Shown: positions 21,468-34,283, counted from the stretch's first letter. The stretch: 64,000 nt of DNA from Tubulanus polymorphus (GCF_964204645.1 NC_134035.1:7720451-7784450), one strand, 5' to 3'. Made by a program: numbers and translations. Notes: generated by a model not told the origin, from the letters alone.

Positions 21468-21552
21468 CATCCAAGTACTAACCGGGCCCGACGTTGCTTA
21501 ACTTCGGTGATCGGACGAGAACCGGTGCTTTCAACGTGGTATGGCCGTAGAC
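21468..21552 (-). pseudogene. 5S: 5' fragment (nt 1-85) of the transposon-interrupted 5S gene
   Basis: Exact 5S match starting at the right junction. Confidence 0.95.
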
Positions 21553-21988
21553 AACAAAACGTATGAATCTAACCGTTTTGATATTACCTTCTCGATAGGA
21601 TCGCCACCTCAGCGAGGCATCCACTTTTTATGTCTCTTTTAACACAGTTTCAATTGCTCAACTGATAAAACCAGGTACAATTATCCATTCGCTCCATCGA
21701 AAGATGTAGAAACAAACGCCTTTCCCTTCGCTCAAGGATCGGCGTTGATTAAGGCGGAGGAAACTATGAGAACAGCTACTTAGCAACACAATCTGTGACG
21801 TCACATTACCAGAAAACATCCAATCTTCTATCTAACAAAGTATCGATTTGGGAATATATCTGCGACAACAAAATTTTGACAGCTTCGTTCAACTAATGGC
21901 GAAAACAAACTAGCAAATAAACAAACAAATAAACGGCTGTTTGCGAGTGCTTTTAATTTTTGAAATAAATCGAGCAAAATTTGAAAAA

Positions 21989-22107
21989 AGTCTACAGCAC
22001 CCGGTATTCCCAGGCGGTCACCCATCCAAGTACTAACCGGGCCCGACGTTACTTAACTTCGGTGATCGGACGAGAACCGGTGCTTTCAACGTGGTATGGC
22101 CGTAGAC
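21989..22107 (-). rRNA. 5S: 5S rRNA
   Basis: Array copy. Confidence 0.95.
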
Positions 22108-22543
22108 AACAAAACGTATCAATCTAACCGTTTTGATATTACCTTCTCGATAGGATCGCCACCTCAGCGAGGCATCCACTTTTTATGTCTCTTTTAACGC
22201 AGTTTCAATTGCTCAACTGATAAAACCAGGTACAATTATCCATTCGCTCCATCGAAAGATGTAGAAACAAACGCCTTTCCCTTCGCTCAAGGATCGGCGT
22301 TGAATAAGGCGGAGGAAACTATGAGAACAGCTACTTAGCAACACAATCTGTGACGTCACATTACCAGAAAACATCCAATCTTCTATCGAACAAAGTATCG
22401 ATTTGGGAATATATCTGCGACAACAAAATTTTGACAGCTTCGTTCAACTAATGGCGAAAACAAACAAGCAAATAAACAAACAAATAAACGGCTGTTTGCG
22501 AGTGCTTTTAATTTTTGAAATAAATCGAGCAAAATTTGAAAAA

Positions 22544-22662
22544 AGTCTGCAGCACCCGGTATTCCCAGGCGGTCACCCATCCAAGTACTAACCGGGCCCG
22601 ACGTTGCTTAACTTCGGTGATCGGACGAGAACCGGTGCTTTCAACGTGGTATGGCCGTAGAC
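22544..22662 (-). rRNA. 5S: 5S rRNA
   Basis: Array copy. Confidence 0.95.
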
Positions 22663-23100
22663 AACAAAACGTATGAATCTAACCGTTTTGATATTACCTT
22701 CTCGATAGGATCGCCACCTCAGCGAGGCGTCCACTTTTTATGTCTCTTTTAACAGAGTTTCAATTGCTCAACTGATAAAACCAGGTACAATTATCCATTC
22801 GCTCCATCGAAAGATGTAGAAACAAACGCCTTTCCCGTCGCTCAAGGATCGGCGTTGAATAAGGCGGAGGAAACTATGAGAACAGCTACTTAGCAACACA
22901 ATCTGTGACGTCACATTACCAGAAAACATCCAATCTTCTATCTCTAACAAAGTATCGATTTGGGAATATATCTGCGACAACAAAATTTTGACAGCTTCGT
23001 TCAACTAATGGCGAAAACAAACAAGCAAATAAACAAACAAATAAACGGCTGTTTGCGAGTGCTTTTAATTTTTGAAATAAATCGAGCAAAATTTGAAAAA

Positions 23101-23219
23101 AGTCTACAGCACCCGGTATTCCCAGGCGGTCACCCATCCAAGTACTAACCGGGCCCGACGTTGCTTAACTTCGGTGATCGGACGAGAACCGGTGCTTTCA
23201 ACGTGGTATGGCCGTAGAC
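23101..23219 (-). rRNA. 5S: 5S rRNA
   Basis: Array copy. Confidence 0.95.
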
Positions 23220-23655
23220 AACAAAACGTATAAATCTAACCGTTTTGATATTACCTTCTCGATAGGATCGCCACCTCAGCGAGGCATCCACTTTTTATGT
23301 CTCTTTTAACACAGTTTCAATTGCTCAACTGATAAAACCAGGTACAATTATCCAATCGCTCCATCGAAAGATGTAGAAACAAACGCCTTTCCCTTCGCTC
23401 AAGGATCGGCGTTGAATAAGGCGGAGGAAACTATGAGAACAGCTACTTAGCAACACAATCTGTGACGTCACATTACCAGAAAACATCCAATCTTCTATCC
23501 AACAAAGTATCGATTTGGGAATATATCTGCGACAACAAAATTTTGACGGCTTCGTTCAACTAATGGCGAAAACGAACAAGCAAATAAACAAACAAATAAA
23601 CGGCTGTTTGCGAGTGCTTTTAATTTTTGAAATAAATCGAGCAAAATTTGAAAAA

Positions 23656-23774
23656 AGTCTACAGCACCCGGTATTCCCAAGCGGTCACCTATCCAAGTAC
23701 TAACCGGGCCCGACGTTGCTTTACTTCGGTGATCGGACGAGAACCGGTGCTTTCAACATGGTATGGCCGTAGAC
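23656..23774 (-). rRNA. 5S: 5S rRNA, degenerate (probable pseudogene)
   Basis: Four substitutions (23680, 23690, 23722, 23758), affecting box C and box A. Confidence 0.8.
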
Positions 23775-23909
23775 AACAAAACGTATCAATCTAACCGTTT
23801 TGATATTACCTTCTCGATAGGATCGCCACCTCAGCGCGGCATCCACTTTTTATGTCTCTTTTAACACAGTTTCAATTGCTCAACTGATAAAACCAGGTAC
23901 CAATTATCC

Positions 23910-24928
23910 TTCCTGTGATTATATAATGACCTATATTTGAACGTCGAACTGTTATATTGCATTGAATATCATTAGAAGACGTATTGTAATAGTAAAGGAT
24001 GTATGATTATATCAGAAACGGCAGGCATAAATAGAAATGATAAGTAAATCGGATTATTCGGTTAAATGGCGGATGTATACACGATTTGGAAGTCTGATAT
24101 AAAAGTCAGACCCTAACGTTGGCATGCTGGTGGAATGACGAAGCTATCTACGATGTGTGTAGGGCCGGCGTGAATTTCATCAGCGGCTACAAGCGGTAAA
24201 TATGAAAATGTGTAAACATATAATTTCAATATTCAAACGTTTTAGAAAATATGTTTGATATTAGGAGTATGCAGGTTTCGTGAGATTAGCAATTTATAAT
24301 AGCATAGCTGTCATATACGGCTCCGCGTCCTCTGATGGCATGTGTATTAGGTGACAATTCAATTCCATTCTTTATTGTTCCTTATTACATCGAAATTCCG
24401 GGATAAAATTCCCAATTCAATAAATACAAATTTTAAAATAAATTAATACAACATACATGACACACGGGTAATTCATACAGAACAACATAAGCATGTTATT
24501 TTAAATGACAATGTCTACTTCAACCCACCCAGACTCAAGACTCTAGGATATCGAGTGACAGCCAAACCCGTGGCCCGGGGACCGGGCCGGCTGGCTAGGC
24601 CACACGATATGCTCGAAGTCATGATGAAGCAGACATCAGAAGAGCTCTTTCTTCAACCATGGAGGCAATGAAGTTGCAGACCAGCTTAGAGGCATAAGTA
24701 AATGAAGTCGGTCGCAAGTTCGCGATCAATTATTGACGAATTTTCAATAAAAAAATTTAAACCACTACTAGAGTCGAAGACCTGTATCATCTACCCAATC
24801 GCAAAATCTCATCATTCCCCAAATTTCTTAAAACTTCGATTTCAAATTTGCAATTCCACATTAGCTTAGCCCAGAAATTCTATATTTTTTCGCAGGCGTC
24901 AAATAATTTTCTGAAATTAATTTTCTTG
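23910..24928. other. ~1,019-bp non-repeat, AT-rich insert in the spacer; origin unknown
   Basis: Spacer stops at 23909 and resumes at 24929, about 60 bp earlier in unit register; no ORF of 60 aa or more. Confidence 0.85.
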
Positions 24929-25277
24929 TTATGTCTCTTTTAACACAGTTTCAATTGCTCAACTGATAAAACCAGGTACAATTATCCATTCGCTCCATCG
25001 AAAGATGTAGAAACAAACGCCTTTCCCTTCGCTCAAGGATCGGCGTTGAATAAGGCGGAGGAAACTATGAGAACAGCTACTTAGCAACACAATCTGTGAC
25101 GTCACATTACCAGAAAACATCCAATCTTCTATCTAACAAAGTATCGATTTGGGAATATATCTGCGACAACAAAATTTTGACAGCTTCGTTCAACTAATGG
25201 CGAAAACAAACAAGCAAATAAACGGCTGTTTGCGAGTGCTTTTAATTTTCGAAATAAATCGAGCAAAATTTGAAAAA

Positions 25278-25396
25278 AGTCTACAGGACCCGGTATTCCC
25301 AGGCGGTCACCCATCCAAGTACTAACCGGGCCCGACGTTGCTTAACTTCGGTGATCGGACGAGAACCGGTGCTTTCAACGTGGTATGGCCGTAGAC
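25278..25396 (-). rRNA. 5S: 5S rRNA (variant)
   Basis: Array copy; ACAGGACC variant. Confidence 0.9.
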
Positions 25397-25832
25397 AACA
25401 AAACGTATCAATCTAACCGTTTTGATATTACTTTCTCGATAGGATCGCCACCTCAGCGAGGCGTCCACTTTTTATGTTTCTTTTAACACAGTTTCAATTG
25501 CTCAACTGATAAAACCAGGTACAATTATCCATTCGCTCCATCGAAAGATATAGAAACAAACGCCTTTCCCTTCGCTCAAGGATCGGCGTTGAATAAGGCG
25601 GAGGAAACTATGAGAACAGCTACTTAGCAACACAATCTGTGACGTCACATTACCAGAAAACATCCAATCTTCTATCTAACAAAGTATCGATTTGGGAATA
25701 TATCTGCGACAACAAAATTTTGACAGCTTCGTTCAACTAATGGCGAAAACAAACTAGCAAATAAACAAACAAATAAACGGCTGTTTGCGAGTGCTTTTAA
25801 TTTTTGAAATAAATCGAGCAAAATTTGAAAAA

Positions 25833-25951
25833 AGTCTACAGCACCCGGTATTCCCAGGCGGTCACCCATCCAAGTACTAACCGGGCCCGACGTTGCTTAA
25901 CTTCGGTGATCGGACGAGAACCGGTGCTTTCAACGTGGTATGGCCGTAGAC
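25833..25951 (-). rRNA. 5S: 5S rRNA
   Basis: Array copy. Confidence 0.95.
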
Positions 25952-26387
25952 AACAAAACGTATCAATCTAACCGTTTTGATATTACCTTCTCGATAGGAT
26001 CGCCACCTCAGCGAGGCATCCACTTTTTATGTCTCTTTTAACACAGTTTCAATTGCTCAACTGATAAAACCAGGTACAATTATCCATTCGCTCCATCGAA
26101 AGATGTAGAAACAAACGCCTTTCCCTTCGCTCAAGGATCGGCGTTGAATAAGGCGGAGGAAACTATGAGAACAGCTACTTAGCAACACAATCTGTGACGT
26201 CACATTACCAGAAAACATCCAATCTTCTATCTAACAAAGTATCGATTTGGGAATATATCTGCGACAACAAAATTTTGACGGCTTCGTTCAACTAATGGCG
26301 AAAACATACAAGCAAATAAACAAACAAATAAACGGCTGTTTGCGAGTGCTTTTAATTTTTGAAATAAATCGAGCAAAATTTGAAAAA

Positions 26388-26506
26388 AGTCTACAGCACC
26401 AGGTATTCCCAGGCGGTCACCCATCCAAGTACTAACCGGGCCCGACGTTGCTTAACTTCGGTGATCGGACGAGAACCGGTGCTTTCAACGTGGTATGGCC
26501 GTAGAC
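26388..26506 (-). rRNA. 5S: 5S rRNA
   Basis: Array copy. Confidence 0.95.
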
Positions 26507-26942
26507 AACAAAACGTATCAATCTAACCGTTTTGATATTACCTTCTCGATAGGATCGCCACCTCAGCGAGGCATCCACTTTTTATGTCTCTTTTAACACA
26601 GTTTCAATTGCTCAACTGATAAAACCAGGTACAATTATCCATTCGCTCCATCGAAAGATGTAGAAACAAACGCCTTTCCCTTCGCTCAAGGATCGGCGTT
26701 GAATAAGGCGGAGGAAACTATGAGAACAGCTACTTAGCAACACAATCTGTGACGTCACATTACCAGAAAACATCCAATCTTCCATCTAACAAAGTATCGA
26801 TTTGGGAATATATCTGCGACAACAAAATTTTGACGGCTTCGTTCAACTAATGGCGAAAACAAACAAGCAAATAAACAAACAAATAAACGGCTGTTTACGA
26901 GTGCTTTTAATTTTTGAAATAAATCGAGCAAAATTTGAAAAA

Positions 26943-27061
26943 AGTCTACAGCACCCGGTATTCCCAGGCGGTCACCCATCCAAGTACTAACCGGGCCCGA
27001 CGTTGCTTAACTTCGGTGATCGGACGAGAACCGGTGCTTTCAACGTGGTATGGCCGTAGAC
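26943..27061 (-). rRNA. 5S: 5S rRNA
   Basis: Array copy. Confidence 0.95.
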
Positions 27062-27497
27062 AACAAAACGTATCAATCTAACCGTTTTGATATTACCTTC
27101 TCGATAGGATCGCCACCTCAGCGAGGCGTCCACTTTTTATGTCTCTTTTAACACAGTTTCAATTGCTCAACTGATAAAACCAGGTACAATTATCCATTCG
27201 CTCCATCGAAAGATATAGAAACAAACGCCTTTCCCTTCGCTCAAGGATCGGCGTTGAATAAGGCGGAGGAAACTATGAGAACAGCTACTTAGCAACACAA
27301 TCTGTGACGTCACATTACCAGAAAACATCCAATCTTCTCTCTAACAAAGTATCGATTTGGGAATATATCTGCGACAACAAAATTTTGACAGCTTCGTTCA
27401 ACTAATGGCGAAAACAAACTAGCAAATAAACAAACAAATAAACGGCTGTTTGCGAGTGCTTTTAATTTTTGAAATAAATCGAGCAAAATTTGAAAAA

Positions 27498-27616
27498 AGT
27501 CTACAGCACCCGGTATTCCCAGGCGGTCACCCATCCAAGTACTAACCGGGCCCGACGTTGCTTAACTTCGGTGATCGGACGAGAACCGGTGCTTTCAACG
27601 TGGTATGGCCGTAGAC
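27498..27616 (-). rRNA. 5S: 5S rRNA
   Basis: Array copy. Confidence 0.95.
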
Positions 27617-28052
27617 AACAAAACGTATCAATCTAACCGTTTTGATATTACCTTCTCGATAGGATCGCCACCTCAGCGAGGCATCCACTTTTTATGTCTC
27701 TTTTAACACAGTTTCAATTGCTCAACTGATAAAACCAGGTACAATTATCCATTCGCTCCATCGAAAGATGTAGAAACAAACGCCTTTCCCTTCGCTCAAG
27801 GATCGGCGTTGAATAAGGCGGAGGAAACTATGAGAACAGCTACTTAGCAACACAATCTGTGACGTCACATTACCAGAAAACATCCAATCTTCTATCTAAC
27901 AAAGTATCGATTTGGGAATATATCTGCGACAACAAAATTTTGACGGCTTCGTTCAACTAATGGCGAAAACAAACAAGCAAATAAACAAACAAATAAACGG
28001 CTGTTTGCGAGTGCTTTTAATTTTTGAAATAAATCGAGCAAAATTTGAAAAA

Positions 28053-28171
28053 AGTCTACAGCACCCGGTATTCCCAGGCGGTTACCCATCCAAGTACTAA
28101 CCGGGCCCGACGTTGCTTAACTTCGGTGATCGGACGAGAACCGGTGCTTTCAACGTGGTATGGCCGTAGAC
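28053..28171 (-). rRNA. 5S: 5S rRNA
   Basis: Array copy. Confidence 0.95.
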
Positions 28172-28608
28172 AACAAAACGTATCAATCTAACCGTTTTGA
28201 TATTACCTTCTCGATAGGATCGCCACCTCAGCGAGGCATCCACTTTTTATGTCTCTTTTAACAGAGTTTCAATTGCTCAACTGATAAAACCAGGTACCAA
28301 TTATCCATTCGCTCCATCGAAAGATGTAGAAACAAACGCCTTTCCCTTCGCTCAAGGATCGGCGTTGAATAAGGCGGAGGAAACTATGAGAACAGCTACT
28401 TAGCAACACAATCTGTGACGTCACATTACCAGAAAACATCCAATCTTCCATCTAACAAAGTATCGATTTGGGAATATATCTGCGACAACAAAATTTTGAC
28501 GGCTTCGTTCAACTAATGGCGAAAACAAACAAGCAAATAAACAAACAAATAAACGGCTGTTTACGAGTGCTTTTAATTTTTGAAATAAATCGAGCAAAAT
28601 TTGAAAAA

Positions 28609-28727
28609 AGTCTACAGCACCCGGTATTCCCAGGCGGTCACCCATCCAAGTACTAACCGGGCCCGACGTTGCTTAACTTCGGTGATCGGACGAGAACCGG
28701 TGCTTTCAACGTGGTATGGCCGTAGAC
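28609..28727 (-). rRNA. 5S: 5S rRNA
   Basis: Array copy. Confidence 0.95.
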
Positions 28728-29163
28728 AACAAAACGTATCAATCTAACCGTTTTGATATTACCTTCTCGATAGGATCGCCACCTCAGCGAGGCGTCCACT
28801 TTTTATGTCTCTTTTAACACAGTTTCAATTGCTCAACTGATAAAACCAGGTACAATTATCCATTCGCTCCATCGAAAGATATAGAAACAAACGCCTTTCC
28901 CTTCGCTCAAGGATCGGCGTTGAATAAGGCGGAGGAAACTATGAGAACAGCTACTTAGCAACACAATCTGTGACGTCACATTACCAGAAAACATCCAATC
29001 TTCTATCTAACAAAGTATCGATTTGGGAATATATCTGCGACAACAAAATTTTGACAGCTTCGTTCAACTAATGGCGAAAACAAACTAGCAAATAAACAAA
29101 CAAATAAACGGCTGTTTGCGAGTGCTTTTAATTTTTGAAATAAATCGAGCAAAATTTGAAAAA

Positions 29164-29282
29164 AGTCTACAGCACCCGGTATTCCCAGGCGGTCACCCAT
29201 CCAAGTACTAACCGGGCCCGACGTTGCTTAACTTCGGTGATCGGACGAGAACCGGTGCTTTCAACGTGGTATGGCCGTAGAC
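29164..29282 (-). rRNA. 5S: 5S rRNA
   Basis: Array copy. Confidence 0.95.
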
Positions 29283-29718
29283 AACAAAACGTATCAATCT
29301 AACCGTTTTGATATTACCTTCTCGATAGGATCGCCACCTCAGCGAGGCATCCACTTTTTATGTCTCTTTTAACACAGTTTCAATTGCTCAACTGATAAAA
29401 CCAGGTACAATTATCCATTCGCTCCATCGAAAGATGTAGAAACAAACGCCTTTCCCTTCGCTCAAGGATCGGCGTTGAATAAGGCGGAGGAAACTATGAG
29501 AACAGCTACTTAGCAACACAATCTGTGACGTCACATTACCAGAAAACATCCAATCTTCTATCGAACAAAGTATCGATTTGGGAATATATCTGCGACAACA
29601 AAATTTTGACGGCTTCGTTCAACTAATGGCGAAAACAAACAAGCAAATAAACAAACAAATAAACGGCTGTTTGCGAGTGCTTTTAATTTTTGAAATAAAT
29701 CGAGCAAAATTTGAAAAA

Positions 29719-29837
29719 AGTCTACAGCACCCGGTATTCACAGGCGGTCACCCATCCAAGTACTAACCGGGCCCGACGTTGCTTAACTTCGGTGATCGGA
29801 CGAGAACCGGTGCTTTCAACGTGGTATGGCCGTAGAC
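29719..29837 (-). rRNA. 5S: 5S rRNA
   Basis: Array copy. Confidence 0.93.
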
Positions 29838-30274
29838 AACAAAACGTATCAATCTAACCGTTTTGATATTACCTTCTCGATAGGATCGCCACCTCAGCGA
29901 GGCATCCACTTTTTATGTCTCTTTTAACAGAGTTTCAATTGCTCAACTGATAAAACCAGGTACCAATTATCCATTCGCTCCATCGAAAGATGTAGAAACA
30001 AACGCCTTTCCCTTCGCTCAAGGATCGGCGTTGAATAAGGCGGAGGAAACTATGAGAACAGCTACTTAGCAACACAATCTGTGACGTCACATTACCAGAA
30101 AACATCCAATCTTCTATCTAACAAAGTATCGATTTGGGAATATATCTGCGACAACAAAATTTTGACAGCTTCGTTCAACTAATGGCGAAAACAAACAAGC
30201 AAATAAACAAACAAATAAACGGCTGTTTGCGAGTGCTTTTGATTTTTGAAATAAATCGAGCAAAATTTGAAAAA

Positions 30275-30393
30275 AGTCTACAGCACCCGGTATTCCCAGG
30301 CGGTCACCCATCCAAGTACTAACCGGGCCCGACGTTGCTTAACTTCGGTGATCGGACGAGAACCGGTGCTTTCAACGTGGTATGGCCGTAGAC
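30275..30393 (-). rRNA. 5S: 5S rRNA
   Basis: Array copy. Confidence 0.95.
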
Positions 30394-30831
30394 AACAAAA
30401 CGTATCAATCTAACCGTTTTGATATTACCTTCTCGATAGGATCGCCACCTCAGCGAGGCATCCACTTTTTATGTCTCTTTTAACACAGTTTCAATTGCTC
30501 AACTGATAAAACCAGGTACCAATTATCCATTCGCTCCATCGAAAGATGTAGAAACAAACGCCTTTCCCTTCGCTCAAGGATCGGCGTTGAATAAGGCGGT
30601 GGGAAACTATGAGAACAGCTACTTAGCAACACAATCTGTGACGTCACATTACCAGAAAACATCCAATCTTCTATCTAACAAAGTATCGATTTGGGAATAT
30701 ATCTGCGACAACAAAATTTTGACAGCTTCGTTCAACTAATGGCGAAAACAAACAAGCAAATAAACAAACAAATAAACGGCTGTTCGCGAGTGCTTTTAAT
30801 TTTTTAAATAAATCGAGCAAAATTTGAAAAA

Positions 30832-30950
30832 AGTCTACAGCACCCGGTATTCCCAGGCGGTCACCCATCCAAGTACTAACCGGGCCCGACGTTGCTTAAC
30901 TTCGGTGATCGGACGAGAACCGGTGCTTTCAACGTGGTATGGCCGTAGAC
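30832..30950 (-). rRNA. 5S: 5S rRNA
   Basis: Array copy. Confidence 0.95.
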
Positions 30951-31386
30951 AACAAAACGTATCAATCTAACCGTTTTGATATTACCTTCTCGATAGGATC
31001 GCCACCTCAGCGAGGCATCCACTTTTTATGTCTCTTTTAACAGAGTTTCAATTGCTCAACTGATAAAACCAGGTATAATTATCCATTCGCTCCATCGAAA
31101 GATGTAGAAACAAACGCCTTTCCCTTCGCTCAAGGATCGGCGTTGAATAAGGCGGAGGAAACTATGAGAACAGCTACTTAGCAACACAATCTGTGACGTC
31201 ACATTACCAGAAAACATCCAATCTTCTATCTAACAAAGTATCGATTTGGGAATATATCTGCGACAACAAAATTTTGACAGCTTCGTTCAACTAATGGCGA
31301 AAACAAACTAGCAAATAAACAAACAAATAAACGGCTGTTTGCGAGTGCTTTTAATTTTTGAAATAAATCGAGCAAAATTTGAAAAA

Positions 31387-31505
31387 AGTCTACAGCACCC
31401 GGTATTCCCAGGCGGTCACCCATCCAAGTACTAACCGGGCCCGACGTTGCTTAACTTCGGTGATCGGACGAGAACCGGTGCTTTCAACGTGGTATGGCCG
31501 TAGAC
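31387..31505 (-). rRNA. 5S: 5S rRNA
   Basis: Array copy. Confidence 0.95.
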
Positions 31506-31941
31506 AACAAAACGTATCAATCTAACCGTTTTGATATTACCTTCTCGATAGGATCGCCACCTCAGCGAGGCATCCACTTTTTATGTCTCTTTTAACACAG
31601 TTTCAATTGCTCAACTGATAAAACCAGGTACAATTATCCATTCGCTCCATCGAAAGATGTAGAAACAAACGCCTTTCCCTTCGCTCAAGGATCGGCGTTG
31701 AATAAGGCGGAGGAAACTATGAGAACAGCTACTTAGCAACACAATCTGTGACGTCACATTACCAGAAAACATCCAATCTTCTATCTAACAAAGTATCGAT
31801 TTGGGAATATATCTGCGACAACAAAATTTTGACGGCTTCGTTCAACTAATGGCGAAAACAAACAAGCAAATAAACAAACAAATAAACGGCTGTTTGCGAG
31901 TGCTTTTAATTTTTGAAATAAATCGAGCAAAATTTGAAAAA

Positions 31942-32060
31942 AGTCTACAGCACCAGGTATTCCCAGGCGGTCACCCATCCAAGTACTAACCGGGCCCGAC
32001 GTTGCCTAACTTCGGTGATCGGACGAGAACCGGTGCTTTCAACGTGGTATGGCCGTAGAC
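31942..32060 (-). rRNA. 5S: 5S rRNA
   Basis: Array copy. Confidence 0.93.
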
Positions 32061-32496
32061 AACAAAACGTATAAATCTAACCGTTTTGATATTACCTTCT
32101 CGATAGGATCGCCACCTCAGCGAGGCATCCACTTTTTATGTCTCTTTTAACACAGTTTCAATTGCTCAACTGATAAAACCAGGTACAATTATCCATTCGC
32201 TCCATCGAAAGATGTAGAAACAAACGCCTTTCCCTTCGCTCAAGGATCGGCGTTGAATAAGGCGGAGGAAACTATGAGAACAGCTACTTAGCAACACAAT
32301 CTGTGACGTCACATTACCAGAAAACATCCAATCTTCCATCTAACAAAGTATCGATTTGGGAATATATCTGCGACAACAAAATTTTGACGGCTTCGTTCAA
32401 CTAATGGCGAAAACAAACAAGCAAATAAACAAACAAATAAACGGCTGTTTACGAGTGCTTTTAATTTTTGAAATAAATCGAGCAAAATTTGAAAAA

Positions 32497-32615
32497 AGTC
32501 TACAGCACCCGGTATTCCCAGGCGGTCACCCATCCAAGTACTAACCGGGCCCGACGTTGCTTAACTTCGGTGATCGGACGAGAACCGGTGCTTTCAACGT
32601 GGTATGGCCGTAGAC
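32497..32615 (-). rRNA. 5S: 5S rRNA
   Basis: Array copy. Confidence 0.95.
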
Positions 32616-33052
32616 AACAAAACGTATCAATCTAACCGTTTTGATATTACCTTCTCGATAGGATCGCCACCTCAGCGAGGCATGCACTTTTTATGTCTCT
32701 TTTAACACAGTTTCAATTGCTCAACTGATAAAACCAGGTACAATTATCCATTCGCTCCATCGAAAGATGTAGAAACAAACGCCTTTCCCTTCGCTCAAGG
32801 ATCGGCGTTGAATAAGGCGGAGGAAACTATGAGAACAGCTACTTAGCAACACAATCTGTGACGTCACATTACCAGAAAACATCCAATCTTCTATCTCTAA
32901 CAAAGTATCGATTTGGGAATATATCTGCGACAACAAAATTTTGACAGCTTCGTTCAACTAATGGCGAAAACAAACAAGCAAATAAACAAACAAATAAACG
33001 GCTGTTTGCGAGTGCTTTTAATTTTTGAAATAAATCGAGCAAAATTTGAAAA

Positions 33053-33171
33053 AGTCTACAGCACCCGGTATTCCCAGGCGGTCACCCATCCAAGTACTAA
33101 CCGGGCCCGACGTTGCTTAACTTCGGTGATCGGACGAGAACCGGTGCTTTCAACGTGGTATGGCCGTAGAC
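33053..33171 (-). rRNA. 5S: 5S rRNA
   Basis: Array copy. Confidence 0.95.
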
Positions 33172-33607
33172 AACAAAACGTATAAATCTAACCGTTTTGA
33201 TATTACCTTCTCGATAGGATCGCCACCTCAGCGAGGCATCCACTTTTTATGTCTCTTTTAACACAGTTTCAATTGCTCAACTGATAAAACCAGGTACAAT
33301 TATCCATTCGCTCCATCGAAAGATGTAGAAACAAACGCCTTTCCCTTCGCTCAAGGATCGGCGTTGAATAAGGCGGAGGAAACTATGAGAACAGCTACTT
33401 AGCAACACAATCTGTGACGTCACATTACCAGAAAACATCCAATCTTCTATCTAACAAAGTATCGATTTGGGAATATATCTGCGACAACAAAATTTTGACG
33501 GCTTCGTTCAACTAATGGCGAAAACAAACAAGCAAATAAACAAACAAATAAACGGCTGTTTACGAGTGCTTTTAATTTTTGAAATAAATCGAGCAAAATT
33601 TGAAAAA

Positions 33608-33726
33608 AGTCTACAGCACCCGGTATTCCCAGGCGGTCACCCATCCAAGTACTAACCGGGCCCGACGTTGCTTAACTTCGGTGATCGGACGAGAACCGGT
33701 GCTTTCAACGTGGTATGGCCGTAGAC
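33608..33726 (-). rRNA. 5S: 5S rRNA
   Basis: Array copy. Confidence 0.95.
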
Positions 33727-34164
33727 AACAAAACGTATCAATCTAACCGTTTTGATATTACCTTCTCGATAGGATCGCCACCTCAGCGAGGCATCCACTT
33801 TTTATGTCTCTTTTAACACAGTTTCAATTGCTCAACTGATAAAACCAGGTACAATTATCCATTCGCTCCATCGAAAGATGTAGAAACAAACGCCTTTCCC
33901 TTCGCTCAAGGATCGGCGTTGAATAAGGCGGAGGAAACTATGAGAACAGCTACTTAGCAACACAATCTGTGACGTCACATTACCAGAAAACATCCAATCT
34001 TCTATCTCTAACAAAGTATCGATTTGGGAATATATCTGCGACAACAAAATTTTGACGGCTTCGTTCAACTAATGGCGAAAACGAACAAGCAAATAAACAA
34101 ACAAATAAACGGCTGTTTACGAGTGCTTTTAATTTTTGAAATAAATCGAGCAAAATTTGAAAAA

Positions 34165-34283
34165 AGTCTACAGCACCCGGTATTCCCAGGCGGTCACCCA
34201 TCCAAGTACTAACCGGGCCCGACGTTGCTTAACTTCGGTGATCGGACGAGAACCGGTGCTTTCAACGTGGTATGGCCGTAGAC
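34165..34283 (-). rRNA. 5S: 5S rRNA
   Basis: Array copy. Confidence 0.95.

Larger units (their letters stand above)
21468..23909 (-). repeat. 5S rDNA tandem array block 2 (5' part of the split gene plus 4 genes)
   Basis: Same unit resumes in exact register after the 8.26-kb insertion. Confidence 0.97.
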
